Of a stretch of 40,649 nt of DNA, positions 8,152-17,101 are shown piece by piece. The position numbers were made by a program, and so were the translations under genes. The stretch covers positions 1 to 40,649 of the IMG/VR virus record IMGVR_UViG_3300015200_000006; one strand, written 5' to 3'. Source of the DNA: a virus. Its lineage: Duplodnaviria; Caudoviricetes. Position 1 is the stretch's first letter. Every line of letters starts with the position of its first letter. The notes beneath the pieces are model-generated. The model ran no database searches. It saw nothing but the letters and a program-made list of their open reading frames with translations, and was not told the DNA's origin.

Positions 8152-8790
8152 ATGGGAAGGCTCGGTCTAAGCGCGCTCGCGCTGGTGCTCGCATCATCGG
8201 CGCAGGCCGATAACATCACCAGCTGGGCGACCACCTGCGGCACCTGGCAGGCCAATACGCAACAAGGGACGGTCGGCCCCGCACCTGTGATTAGTCCAGG
8301 CGGCGGCAACTACAGCGTGACGCTCAACCCAACCGGCTGCACTGGCGTCGGTCCGGCCGGACCTCCTGGGCCGCAGGGGCCACAAGGGGCAACGGGGTCG
8401 GCAGGCATGACCGGCGCCAATGGTGCCCCCGGTCCTGCAGGTTCCACCGGCGTCGGCTTGCCTGGCGCACCCGGGGCCAAGGGCGACAAGGGTGACCCCG
8501 GCGCCAAAGGCGCGCAAGGCATCCAAGGACCGCAGGGCTTGCCTGGAGAACAGCTGCGCCTCGGTGAGATCGTGGCCTTGACCTCGGCGCTCTCGATGCC
8601 GGCCTGGTTGGAAACCGGCGAGCGGTTTGCGGTGTCGGGCGGGCTCGGCGTGGCCGGCGATGGCAGCACGGCGCTCGGCATGACCGGCATCATGCGATTG
8701 CGCGGCACCGCATCCGGCTTCGTCGGTTTTGCCTATGAGCCGCAGCGCGGCATGTGGGGCGGCAAGGTTGGCGGGCGCGTCGGCTGGTGA
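8152..8790 (+). CDS. Secreted collagen-repeat protein with YadA-like C-terminal anchor (trimeric autotransporter-like)
   Basis: Signal peptide ending AQA; long Gly-X-Y run; C-terminal alternating beta strands ([31 protein letters not shown]) ending in Trp. Confidence 0.7.
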   Translation: MGRLGLSALALVLASSAQADNITSWATTCGTWQANTQQGTVGPAPVISPGGGNYSVTLNPTGCTGVGPAGPPGPQGPQGATGSAGMTGANGAPGPAGSTGVGLPGAPGAKGDKGDPGAKGAQGIQGPQGLPGEQLRLGEIVALTSALSMPAWLETGERFAVSGGLGVAGDGSTALGMTGIMRLRGTASGFVGFAYEPQRGMWGGKVGGRVGW

Positions 8791-8838
8791 TAAGGCTTAT
8801 CGGTTCGTAAGTTCCCCAGACGAGTCTAACCTGATTGG

Positions 8839-8875
8839 AACGGTCGGTGCTCACCATGGCACCGGCCGTTTTTTT
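8839..8875 (+). terminator. Rho-independent terminator ending the late operon
   Basis: AACGGTCGGTGC-loop-GCACCGGCCGTT followed by a T run; lies at the junction of convergent genes. Confidence 0.85.
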
Positions 8876-9167
8876 ATTGCTGCCGGTACGGCCTCGGTTG
8901 TTGTGGCCCCTGCCACGGGTCAAAGTTGTAATGGCCTGGCGGGCTCGCTGGTGAGCTGGCCGGAGGAGGAGCGGACCTCGGCTCGGGCGCCTGGTGAATA
9001 ACCGCTGGGCGGGCCTCGGCGGGTGGCTGCTGGGTGGTTGAGCTGATGAAATACCCGTAGGCGACCGCGGCCACGAACGCCAAGACCAGCAGGCCAAGCA
9101 GCTCTTGCAGCAGCCGGCACTGCATCACGATGAGCAGGAGCACCAGGAACACCAGCAGGCCGGTCAT
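8874..9167 (-). CDS. Membrane protein with Pro-rich tail
   Basis: MTGLLVFLVLLL..., two TM segments; ATGA overlap. Confidence 0.65.
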   Translation of the reverse strand: MTGLLVFLVLLLIVMQCRLLQELLGLLVLAFVAAVAYGYFISSTTQQPPAEARPAVIHQAPEPRSAPPPASSPASPPGHYNFDPWQGPQQPRPYRQQ

Positions 9168-9385
9168 GGCTTCTGCCCCAGGGCGCGGCGGGCTATGCGC
9201 GGGTAATAGTCTGCGTCCCATTGGCAGCCGCAATCGTTGCAGGAATAACAAATTGGCTGCGGATCAAAGCGGGTTCGTCGCATAGAAACCTGACTGGTGT
9301 GACATTCTGGGCATTGCCAGCCCTCGCGCACACGTCTGCGATGAGCCTCAACTGTTGTTTCGAATATTTGCGCCTTGTCGGTCAC
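9164..9385 (-). CDS. Small zinc-ribbon protein
   Basis: CPEC...CNDC; ends ARRALGQKP. Confidence 0.7.
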   Translation of the reverse strand: MTDKAQIFETTVEAHRRRVREGWQCPECHTSQVSMRRTRFDPQPICYSCNDCGCQWDADYYPRIARRALGQKP

Positions 9386-9669
9386 GGCTTGGGCTCCAGG
9401 GCGCGGCGGGCGATGTCTTTGGCAGAGTAATTCTTGTGGTCAAGGGCTGCGATCTCTTGCAGCGCCGCTCGTAGCCGCTCGTTGTCGTCCTTGGCCTTCC
9501 CGCACTCGATAGCGAGACGCCGGATTTCAGCCTCGTGGACTGTCACGCGAACTTTGTCAGCCGCCCGCAGCCGCTCGTTGTCGGCGGCGGCCTCCCTGAC
9601 TATCTGCATGATTAGATCATAGTCTCGTGTCGCATAGGCAGTGTTGATTACCTCAACGATATCGGTCAT
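9382..9669 (-). CDS. Small coiled-coil protein
   Basis: DNERLRAA repeated twice; ends ARRALEPKP. Confidence 0.7.
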   Translation of the reverse strand: MTDIVEVINTAYATRDYDLIMQIVREAAADNERLRAADKVRVTVHEAEIRRLAIECGKAKDDNERLRAALQEIAALDHKNYSAKDIARRALEPKP

Positions 9670-9995
9670 GGCTTGTTCTCCAGGGCGTGGCGCATCCCAT
9701 CACATGCGGCCCAGTGCTCGGCACCGGCACCGTGGCTGGTGTTTACGACGGCCCAGCCCGCCGCCCGCAGCCGCTCGATCTCGGCGTCCTTGGCCTGCAG
9801 ATATTTCCCCAATTCCTCTGCGGCCATCGCGTGGCCGTGAGCCTCTAGGGTCAGCCGCTCGATCTCCTTGGCTTGCCGTTGCACCTTGGACAAACTGAAG
9901 TCGCCACAGTCGCATGACGGACAAATCGTCGGTCCGCCCATGGACAGGCTGTAGTTGGTTGTGCCGCAGATGATGCATGGACCGGGTTCGCTCAT
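9666..9995 (-). CDS. Zinc-finger plus coiled-coil protein
   Basis: CIIC...CPSC, EIERLRAA; ends RHALENKP. Confidence 0.7.
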   Translation of the reverse strand: MSEPGPCIICGTTNYSLSMGGPTICPSCDCGDFSLSKVQRQAKEIERLTLEAHGHAMAAEELGKYLQAKDAEIERLRAAGWAVVNTSHGAGAEHWAACDGMRHALENKP

Positions 9996-10258
9996 GGCTT
10001 GGGCTCCAGGGCGCGGCGGGCTTCCTTGCGCCACACATCCAGGACGGTGATGCCATCGGCCGCCAGGTCGTTGGGATCGTTGTCGAGCAGGCATTGAATC
10101 AGCGCCTGCAATTTTTCGATCTCGGCGGCCTTGGTCCATCGTTGGGATTTTCTGCGCGCCTGAAACTTGCGGTTGTTGGGCGTCCAATTGTCGGTCATGC
10201 GTAGTGTCTGTTCCTGGCGCCAGAGTCGGTCAATTAAACACTCATGAATCTCGATCAT
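9992..10258 (-). CDS. Hypothetical protein
   Basis: EIEKLQA; ends ARRALEPKP; ATGA overlaps at both ends. Confidence 0.6.
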   Translation of the reverse strand: MIEIHECLIDRLWRQEQTLRMTDNWTPNNRKFQARRKSQRWTKAAEIEKLQALIQCLLDNDPNDLAADGITVLDVWRKEARRALEPKP

Positions 10259-10347
10259 CGCAGCGGCACCTGGCAGGCGGCCATCAGTAACAGCAGCGTG
10301 ACCAGGACGAGAGCCACCGTGACCCAAGGGCTATCAATCCAGGTCAT
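10255..10347 (-). CDS. 30-aa membrane peptide with lipobox-like MAAC
   Basis: MTWIDSPWVTVALVLVTLLLLMAACQVPLR; ATGA coupling with the next gene. Confidence 0.45.
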   Translation of the reverse strand: MTWIDSPWVTVALVLVTLLLLMAACQVPLR

Positions 10348-10474
10348 TTTAATCTTTCGGTTGGTTGCTTGCCTGGTCGCTCGGTCTTAAATTGTGAGGC
10401 AGTCCCGAAGGACCCACCGCGACCTCGTCCTTGGTGTCGCGCGTCGGAATTCAGGATCAGGCCCGCCTCTGGCG

Positions 10475-10894
10475 TCAACCAGGAGGCGGGCCGTTTCTTT
10501 CGCGCGCCGGCACAGCCTTATAGGCGCCTCGACCATAGCGGCAGATCAGGTTCTGCTGCACCAGGCTGGTGAGCACGCGCTGCAACATCCTGAAATCCGG
10601 CGGCGGATATTCCTCATCGGGAGATTCGAATGCGGTGAAATGCGCGCGCAACTGGACCATGGTCACCCGCCGCTTGCGCCTGATGAAGCCGAGCATCTCA
10701 TCGCATAGGCAATGGAAATTGTAGGTTGCGCTCACTCGCGCATTGAGCTGCAAGATTGACTTCGGCTCCTCGCTCTCGGGAATGTAGCTGCCGACAATGC
10801 CAAGCAGCTGCTTGAAAATGTCGGCGGTGCGCCGGTCGCCGCGACGGCGATATTCGTGCTGCTGCACAAAGCAATAATTTTCCAGCGCGTGCAT
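10475..10894 (-). CDS. Hypothetical protein, possible C-terminal winged helix
   Basis: GAGGA RBS; LQRVLTSLVQQNLICRYGRGAY resembles a wHTH wing. Confidence 0.6.
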   Translation of the reverse strand: MHALENYCFVQQHEYRRRGDRRTADIFKQLLGIVGSYIPESEEPKSILQLNARVSATYNFHCLCDEMLGFIRRKRRVTMVQLRAHFTAFESPDEEYPPPDFRMLQRVLTSLVQQNLICRYGRGAYKAVPARERNGPPPG

Positions 10895-10895
10895 T

Positions 10896-11078
10896 TCATA
10901 ATCCTCGGTCAACAATCTGATCCTGGATGCGGTCGGCCTCGCAGCCAAGGCGCCAGGCCAGGTCGTCATGATGGTCATGCTTGGTTGCGACCGGCGACTC
11001 GGCCAGCACGCGATGATATTCGGCAAGGATGCGGTGCAAGAGCAACGCCTCGGCGGCCGTCAACGTTATTTTGGGCAT
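10896..11078 (-). CDS. Hypothetical protein
   Basis: GGGGAG RBS before MPKITLTAAEA. Confidence 0.55.
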   Translation of the reverse strand: MPKITLTAAEALLLHRILAEYHRVLAESPVATKHDHHDDLAWRLGCEADRIQDQIVDRGL

Positions 11079-11088
11079 GTTCTCCCCG

Positions 11089-11361
11089 CTATTCAGATGG
11101 CTCGTTCTTGCCCATCCGCTGCCAGGTGCGCTGCCAGCCAACGGCGCGGCCGGCGGCCTCGATGGTCGGATTGGTTGGCCGGCGCGCCTTGCCAAAAAAC
11201 CAATTGCGCATCGTGCCCGTGCTCGGGCCGCCAGCTTCCTCAATCTGGCGTAGATCCTTGCCATTGACCCGGTGTCCGTAGTGATCCTCGATGATGGTTC
11301 TCAACTCATCAATTACCGGATCTTTGGTGCGGAAGCGGTAGGCGCCGTAGAGCTTGCTCAT
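11089..11361 (-). CDS. XRE-like HTH protein
   Basis: LRQIEEAGGPSTGTMRNWFFGKARRPTNPTIEA. Confidence 0.7.
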   Translation of the reverse strand: MSKLYGAYRFRTKDPVIDELRTIIEDHYGHRVNGKDLRQIEEAGGPSTGTMRNWFFGKARRPTNPTIEAAGRAVGWQRTWQRMGKNEPSE

Positions 11362-11801
11362 GACCTGCGCCGTCGCTTGATGACACGCACACCGCGCTTG
11401 GACGCAATCGCAATTGGTATGGCGGGCGGGTCGGTCACGAATGTGTAGGTGGTGGCGCGGCCTTCGCCATGGCGCTGCAGCAGTTTGCGCTTAACGGCCA
11501 GCTTGGCGACGTGTGCGGCATTGCTTGGGTTGCGGCCGATTTGAGTCAGCCAGTCCCTGATGTCGCGAAGGCGCAGTGGCTCGGTGGAGTTGTTGACCCG
11601 CAGCCACTCGGCGAATTGCGGGATCAGTGGCGGGCCGTCGTTGGTCTTGCCCAGGCGCGGGTTGGGCTTGATTGCCTTGGCGATGTTATCGCGCTCGGTG
11701 TCGACCGGTTGAACCTCGGGCGCGCCGACCGCAATGCCGACCAGGACACGCAAAGCATTGGCGAGCTTGCGGTCATCGCAAAAAAACGAAACTCGAAACA
11801 T
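11358..11801 (-). CDS. Hypothetical DNA-binding protein (wHTH-like C-terminus)
   Basis: AAGGAACC RBS before ATG 11801; LLQRHGEGRATTY wing-like motif. Confidence 0.6.
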   Translation of the reverse strand: MFRVSFFCDDRKLANALRVLVGIAVGAPEVQPVDTERDNIAKAIKPNPRLGKTNDGPPLIPQFAEWLRVNNSTEPLRLRDIRDWLTQIGRNPSNAAHVAKLAVKRKLLQRHGEGRATTYTFVTDPPAIPIAIASKRGVRVIKRRRRS

Positions 11802-11806
11802 TGATA

Positions 11807-11875
11807 GGTTCCTTGGTTTTCGAGCCGTCAACGCTCGGGTGGTAAAGATTAGGACGGATTGCGTTAAGGTTGCAA
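11807..11875 (-). promoter_or_regulatory. Leftward promoter plus UUGACG-loop leader hairpin
   Basis: TTGCAA-N18-TAATCT, then CGAGC-G-TTGACG-GCTCG-AAAACCAAGGAACC. Confidence 0.6.
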
Positions 11876-11895
11876 TTAATATCGTAGGCGGTCGA

Positions 11896-12063
11896 TCATG
11901 CCCGGGTCACCCGCAGCTCGGCGTCGCAGGCCGGGCAGGTGATGGTCTGGCGGTCGCAGTCGCCCTCCATGCGGAACTGATACTGGCAACCTGGGCAGAC
12001 CACCTCGGTCAGCAGCTCGCCGACGACGTCGAAACTCATTTTTCCGATAGCCTCGTCGGTCAT
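11896..12063 (-). CDS. 55-aa zinc-ribbon protein
   Basis: MTDEAIGK...CPGC...CPAC...; below the ORF-track cutoff. Confidence 0.55.
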   Translation of the reverse strand: MTDEAIGKMSFDVVGELLTEVVCPGCQYQFRMEGDCDRQTITCPACDAELRVTRA

Positions 12064-12108
12064 TGATTCAGCTCGGTTTTTTTGCGCCTGATTCGGCTCG
12101 AATGGGCT

Positions 12109-12414
12109 TTACCGGGTTTCACCCTTAGTCTGATATTGCTGGGTTTTTTCCAGGACGCCCCTTGATTCCTTTGGGGATTTTTTTCTCGTCAAACTCATGA
12201 TTTGGTAGGCCCGGCTTTTGGCCAGCCCGCACCCCTCCCGAACGATGGATTCCCACTCGGCGCCGCTCCTGCCCTCGATGTCGCGCAGGCGTGCCAGGTG
12301 GATGGCAACATCGAGCCAGATGGCGTCGCGGGTGCTCGGTCGGATGGTGGCCCGCGCCAGCTCCATCATAGTGTTGACGGCCTTGACGTTGGCCTTGTCG
12401 CGCTCGGTCAACAT
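12109..12414 (-). CDS. Hypothetical protein (DUF3102-like HTH)
   Basis: LARLR...W..IV...CGLAKSRAYQIM pattern. Confidence 0.55.
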   Translation of the reverse strand: MLTERDKANVKAVNTMMELARATIRPSTRDAIWLDVAIHLARLRDIEGRSGAEWESIVREGCGLAKSRAYQIMSLTRKKSPKESRGVLEKTQQYQTKGETR

Positions 12415-12415
12415 C

Positions 12416-12634
12416 TCATTCCGCCACGCTCATCAGCTCGTCGAGATATTCGTTCAAGGACTTGCTGGTGATGCGGGTGCGGCCGGTGCCAAACGGCACC
12501 AGCACCAGCCGCCCCTCTTTCTTGAGCTTGTAGATGGTCGGTCGCGAGCAGTTTAGAATCGTGCAAACCTGCGCAATGGTGAGGAGACTGCGGTCATCGC
12601 GCGTTTTCGGCAGCTTGCGTTTTCTTCGTGCCAT
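12416..12634 (-). CDS. Excisionase-family HTH (HTH_17/MerR-like)
   Basis: LLTIAQVCTILNCSRPTIYKLKKEGRL...TRI. Confidence 0.8.
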   Translation of the reverse strand: MARRKRKLPKTRDDRSLLTIAQVCTILNCSRPTIYKLKKEGRLVLVPFGTGRTRITSKSLNEYLDELMSVAE

Positions 12635-12670
12635 CACCGCTCCCGTCACCTCGACCATGACCTGTCTCCC

Positions 12671-13186
12671 TTATCCATCGGAGGTGCGCGGGCCAGCGGT
12701 GACCGCCCGCGGCATCGGCTCATCCGGTGAGCCATCCGGTTCAAGTGCGTTGTGTGCCGCCTGGATTTTATCCACCTCATTCGCCAGGGTGGTGAGGTTC
12801 ACCGCAGGCCGCACCTCGCCCTGCGCGGTTTCGAGCAGACGCAGAATGATCCCGCCGGCAGTGTGGAAACCTGCCACCAGGGCATTGACCCGGTTGCGGT
12901 AGGTGTCGCGCTCGTCGGTGAGCTGCTCGCGCTGGACGTCGAGCATGCGCTGCAGGTCATCCTCGCGCTTTTCCATACGCACAATCTCGGCCTCGGCCAC
13001 CATGGCGCGTCTGCGCCATTCCTCCAGCTCCTGACCCAGCCGGTCGATCTCCTGGATCTGGTCGATGTGGCGTTGCGCTGCGCGCAGGGCCTCGTCGGCA
13101 TAGGCGTCCTGCACCGCTCGGTTGGGTCTGGCCACCGGCGGCGGCATCGGCGTGACTTTCGGCATGGTCGGATTATTCGCCATCAT
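12671..13186 (-). CDS. Coiled-coil hypothetical protein
   Basis: Long heptad-rich helix; in operon after recT. Confidence 0.7.
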   Translation of the reverse strand: MMANNPTMPKVTPMPPPVARPNRAVQDAYADEALRAAQRHIDQIQEIDRLGQELEEWRRRAMVAEAEIVRMEKREDDLQRMLDVQREQLTDERDTYRNRVNALVAGFHTAGGIILRLLETAQGEVRPAVNLTTLANEVDKIQAAHNALEPDGSPDEPMPRAVTAGPRTSDG

Positions 13187-13192
13187 TCACTC

Positions 13193-14041
13193 CTAGTCCT
13201 TGGCGGGCTTGAAGCCCTTGGGGGTGGCCGGATCGGCGGGAGGGGCGTCGGGGTATGAACCCTTCCCCTCCTCGCCGCCCTCCGGTGCATCGCCCGCAGA
13301 GTGGTCGCTATCAACAACAGCAGTATCTGCGGGCAGCGGAGCTGGATCATTCGGCACCTGCATGAGGCCCAGCGGCACCTCGGGCAGGTCATCCTCGCCA
13401 ACGATGTCGCGCGCCGAGGGCAGCATCTTGCTCAATCGCCGGATGGCAGTCTTTTTTGCCATTTCGTCCCAATGTAATTTCCAGGGCGAGTCCTCGCGCG
13501 TGGCTCGGCTCATTGCACGAATTTTGTTGACCTCGGCGAGGGGCATGACAGCCACAAACACACCGCCCTCTTTGGTCGTTGCCAAAGCATAAACGCGGGT
13601 CACCGGTGTGCTGATATCCTCACCTGGAACGTGGCGGAAATGCTCGCCATTCTCGTCAATCCAATGTTCGAACTCCTCGCCCTCCCGAACAACGCCTGCC
13701 GTTACCCACTTGAACTGACCGCTGCGCCTAAACCGGCGCAAAAGTCCGGCGTACATCGGGATCCAGGTTGCGGTGGATTTGAACGGCACGATGGCGCCCT
13801 CCTGGCCATCCGGGAGCAGACCGTCGCGGCAGGCGCGAAGGCAACTCGTCCACAAGCTCGTCCAGCTGCAGGCTTGGATCTCCGGATTGAGCTGCGCCGA
13901 GGTGATCGCCGCTCGGATGAATGCATCGACCGAGACATCGCTCGGCAGGGCATTCTTGATTTCGTTTCGGCGCTGCTCCAGGCGGTCGCGCAGGACCACC
14001 AGCGGCGGCTTGTTGGTCGGCAGGGTGGCGACGTCGGTCAT
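13193..14041 (-). CDS. recT: RecT-family single-strand annealing protein
   Basis: GLLPDG.EGAIVPF, PMYAGL, VREGEEF, SPW..HWDEMAKKTAIRRLSK.LP. Confidence 0.92.
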   Translation of the reverse strand: MTDVATLPTNKPPLVVLRDRLEQRRNEIKNALPSDVSVDAFIRAAITSAQLNPEIQACSWTSLWTSCLRACRDGLLPDGQEGAIVPFKSTATWIPMYAGLLRRFRRSGQFKWVTAGVVREGEEFEHWIDENGEHFRHVPGEDISTPVTRVYALATTKEGGVFVAVMPLAEVNKIRAMSRATREDSPWKLHWDEMAKKTAIRRLSKMLPSARDIVGEDDLPEVPLGLMQVPNDPAPLPADTAVVDSDHSAGDAPEGGEEGKGSYPDAPPADPATPKGFKPAKD

Positions 14042-14142
14042 GGCATTCCTTTCGTTAACAGGGTCATGGTGAGTAGTGCGACGGTGGCGCCTAGCAGCAT
14101 CGAGGTGACGACCAGGAGCGCAATGGTGCTGTGCTTGACCAT
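14038..14142 (-). CDS. 34-aa membrane peptide
   Basis: MVKHSTIALLVVTSMLLGATVALLTMTLLTKGMP; ATGA overlap with recT. Confidence 0.45.
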   Translation of the reverse strand: MVKHSTIALLVVTSMLLGATVALLTMTLLTKGMP

Positions 14143-14143
14143 C

Positions 14144-14428
14144 TTAAGCTGCTTCGCCCTCTCGGTTGGTGCGCTCGAATTTCCTAATCTTGTTGAAATG
14201 CAAACAGGTCGGACAGATCTTCTCGCGCGGAAAACCGTGCGGGCATTTGTGATGGCGGCGCATGTAGTCGTGCGCCCACTCATCGGCCTGGCGCCAGGCA
14301 CGGCGCATCTGCCATTGATCGATCAACGCCAACACTATGATGAACACGCCCATGGCGCCGATCAGGCAAGCGATGGCTATCACGGCGGTAACAAAAGTGG
14401 ATGCCAGTCCGGTGAAGAACGTGCTCAT
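14144..14428 (-). CDS. Membrane protein with Cys motif
   Basis: N-terminal TM; CPHG...CPTC. Confidence 0.6.
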   Translation of the reverse strand: MSTFFTGLASTFVTAVIAIACLIGAMGVFIIVLALIDQWQMRRAWRQADEWAHDYMRRHHKCPHGFPREKICPTCLHFNKIRKFERTNREGEAA

Positions 14429-15354
14429 AGGGTTTCCTCTCGCTTATCGCGAATTCTTAATACCCTCCCGGTGCGCGCCTTGACGGTGTATTCTTTTCTG
14501 TTTTCCAGCTTGTAGGTGATGCGCCATCCCGTTAGCCCGGAAGCCTGCTCGGCATCGCCCAGCAGATATTGCACCTCGGCGTTAATGGCATCGACGCGAG
14601 CCTGTATATCCTTAATGCTCGTGCATAATGCCGCGCGAGTCTCCAGCAGCTCGGGCAATTCGTTGTGGTGAGATAAATCGCGGACTAACCCCGGTGTCAC
14701 CTTGCGGGTCAGGGCCTTAATGACCTCGGCGTCGCGGCTGAAATCCGGCTCCGGCTCGATGCCGCGCCGGACGTTGTCCCAGAACCTCTCGACCGTGGCG
14801 ATGATGAGCTGCTCGGCCTCGGCGTCGCGGGCAATCTCAAAGATGAAACAATCCATCGCGAACGGATCCACCACCAGCGCGCCGATGGCGCCGAATGCAG
14901 CGTCGGTCATCAGCATCTCGGTGCGCAGCTGCCATACAATCCATTCCGGTGGCACCCGACCCTGGTCCCAGGTTTTCGCAATGACCGAGGGCGCGACCGA
15001 TTTTGCCTGGAGCACGCCCCTGCCTCTCGGATCCCCCAAGATCCAAAAATCCGGCGAGGCACCCAGGCGCAGAGTCGGGTCGCGGTAATAGGCATTGACC
15101 GGTTCGACCGTCCACTCCGGTCGCAGCTCGGCCACCGCTTCGCCGACGACTCGCTCCAGCCATCGACCGCGCCGCATGATGAGGTTTTCGGTCGGCGCCT
15201 CGAACTCGGTGCCTCGCTGCTCGGCGTAGAGCTTGAGGCTTGTCTCATAGGGCGACACATCGAACAGCGCACCGATACGGCTGGCGGTGACGTCCTGCTT
15301 GCGCCAGCCCAACCACTCCTCGCGGCTGACAATCGGATGGCATTCGACAGTCAT
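14425..15354 (-). CDS. YqaJ-like viral recombinase / exonuclease
   Basis: EEWL.WR...VTAS, RGR.LE, GASPDF, LQAKS, WQL..EM; lies upstream of recT. Confidence 0.9.
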   Translation of the reverse strand: MTVECHPIVSREEWLGWRKQDVTASRIGALFDVSPYETSLKLYAEQRGTEFEAPTENLIMRRGRWLERVVGEAVAELRPEWTVEPVNAYYRDPTLRLGASPDFWILGDPRGRGVLQAKSVAPSVIAKTWDQGRVPPEWIVWQLRTEMLMTDAAFGAIGALVVDPFAMDCFIFEIARDAEAEQLIIATVERFWDNVRRGIEPEPDFSRDAEVIKALTRKVTPGLVRDLSHHNELPELLETRAALCTSIKDIQARVDAINAEVQYLLGDAEQASGLTGWRITYKLENRKEYTVKARTGRVLRIRDKREETL

Positions 15355-16052
15355 CGGCGTGTCCGTTCCGGCTTTTTCTGTTTCCGCTTTTCCATCAGCT
15401 GGACATACCAATCCTCGGCGCCGTCGTAGTCCTCGGCTGGCGCAGCCTCGGTGACTGGCTCGGGTGCAGGCTGCTCGATGGGTGGCGGTGGCGATGGCTC
15501 GATGGTGATGGGTATCAGGGCCAGGTTGTATTTCGCGCCCTCGGTTTGAAAGTGTCGCCACAGCTCGCTGCGCTCATCACTCGATGCCTGCTCCCAGCAT
15601 TGCAGCAGGGTTAGCGGCGCCATCGTCGGCTCGGCTGGCGGTGTCGGCGCAGGGATGTAGCGGTCGCCATAGGTCACGCGCAGCCATTCGATGAACGCCA
15701 GGTGTTCATCCTCGTAGGTCAGGTTCCAGGCCTGCTGCAGTTTCGGCAGGTCATCGAGCCAGGATTTCGGTTGCGCTGGCTCGGGCAGGACCGGCTCCGG
15801 TTCATCGACCTCGGTGAGGGGCGCCGGTGCATGGCCAGCGCAGGTGGGACAGATGTGCAGGTTTTTCCATTTGCCGATCTCCCAGCCCTCGCGCTGGAAC
15901 CACTTGCGCCGCATATCGTCGGTCATCTGGCTGGCGTGCTGCTCGCCCTGGCGCCCGCATTTGCTGCAGGCGACGATATAGACGCGCTTGATCGCACCGG
16001 TGGACAGCGGCCGTTGCGTGATGGTGTACCAACGGTCGGTACGGTGGGACAT
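15351..16052 (-). CDS. Zinc-finger hypothetical protein
   Basis: CSKC...GW...HICPTC with Pro-rich linkers. Confidence 0.7.
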   Translation of the reverse strand: MSHRTDRWYTITQRPLSTGAIKRVYIVACSKCGRQGEQHASQMTDDMRRKWFQREGWEIGKWKNLHICPTCAGHAPAPLTEVDEPEPVLPEPAQPKSWLDDLPKLQQAWNLTYEDEHLAFIEWLRVTYGDRYIPAPTPPAEPTMAPLTLLQCWEQASSDERSELWRHFQTEGAKYNLALIPITIEPSPPPPIEQPAPEPVTEAAPAEDYDGAEDWYVQLMEKRKQKKPERTRR

Positions 16053-17101
16053 TATTCAGCAGCCTCGGACTCAGGCCCAAAGATCGGATTGAGGTTGAGC
16101 CGCTTGCGCAGGATTTCGTACAGGATTTCCTGCGGCTTGTTGCTGGTGCCGCGCACGAACTCCTCCAGCTTGAATCCGCGCAGGCGCTTGACGTACTTGT
16201 CGAGGAAATAGAAATCGTTGCGGTCGGCGCCATCCCAGAACTCGGAGTAGTTCGAGCAGAGTGTGGCGATGGTGAGCATGAACTTGAGATTGAGCTGCGG
16301 GCGCGGCTGGCGGCGACCGGTGAGCTTGCGGATCGACCAGACCTTATCGATAGCGTCGAAAAACCGGATGGTGTTGGCGCGCACCGCATCCGGTCCGGTC
16401 TTTTCCACCAGCGCATCGAGGGCGCTGGCCAGGTCATAGACCTTGGTGCTCTTGAGCGCACCGCCCTTGTGGCAATGCAGGGCGCCGACCACGCGGGCCA
16501 GGGTAAAGCCGGCAATCAGCTCGCCACGGCCATAGGCCTGGTCCCAGGCGATGCGATCCTTGAGCGCAAACGCGGCGTCCTTGGTCAGGGCTCCGACCAG
16601 CATGTTCACGGCGGCGGATTTCTTACGCTGATTGCGCAGCAGGACGCTCGGCGCGATCCTCACCTCGGTGGTGCCGAGCTTGCCGAACAACTCGTTCTCG
16701 GTTTCCTCGGTGGTGTCGAACAGGATCTTGGCGCCCAGGTTGATATGGACGTCGGGACGCTCGGCCTTGGCGGCGGCGGCAGAGAACACGCGCTGACCAC
16801 CATTGATGCAATAGACCGGGTCGAGCAGTGCGATGCCGGCAATGGTACCGTTTTTCTTGATGTCCCTGGTGCGGGTGCCGCGCATGCCGAGCGTAATGTC
16901 GGCCATGGTTTCGTTCTGGAAATAGGCGCTCACTAATCCGTTGGTGTGCTTCTGGGAAAACCCGCGCTCGCGCTGATAGGGTCCGAACTTGACGTAGCGC
17001 AGCGTCTCCTGGTCGACGTGCCCACGCACGATGACCTGACCGGTTTCCGCATCATCCTCGTAGGAGGGGTCGAGAATAATAACCTCGTTCTTGATGGTCA
17101 T
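16052..17101 (-). CDS. ParB/Srx-superfamily protein (DGQHR/DndB-like)
   Basis: PYQRE and VYCINGGQR (variant of IDGQxR), followed by E.ELF.KL. Confidence 0.6.
   Translation of the reverse strand: MTIKNEVIILDPSYEDDAETGQVIVRGHVDQETLRYVKFGPYQRERGFSQKHTNGLVSAYFQNETMADITLGMRGTRTRDIKKNGTIAGIALLDPVYCINGGQRVFSAAAAKAERPDVHINLGAKILFDTTEETENELFGKLGTTEVRIAPSVLLRNQRKKSAAVNMLVGALTKDAAFALKDRIAWDQAYGRGELIAGFTLARVVGALHCHKGGALKSTKVYDLASALDALVEKTGPDAVRANTIRFFDAIDKVWSIRKLTGRRQPRPQLNLKFMLTIATLCSNYSEFWDGADRNDFYFLDKYVKRLRGFKLEEFVRGTSNKPQEILYEILRKRLNLNPIFGPESEAAE

Larger units (their letters stand above)
9164..10021 (-). repeat. Four 30-bp gene-junction repeats (9164-9193, 9382-9411, 9666-9695, 9992-10021)
   Basis: Minus-strand consensus GCCCGCCGCGCCCTGGAGCCCAAGCCRTGA; copies 2 and 4 differ at a single base. 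Confidence 0.9.

Noticed and set aside
9164-10021. 30-bp repeats as a CRISPR array or integron attC sites
   Set aside because: Spacing is 218-326 bp, the intervening DNA and the repeats themselves are coding, there are no cas genes, and there is no RYYYAAC..GTTRRRY palindrome.
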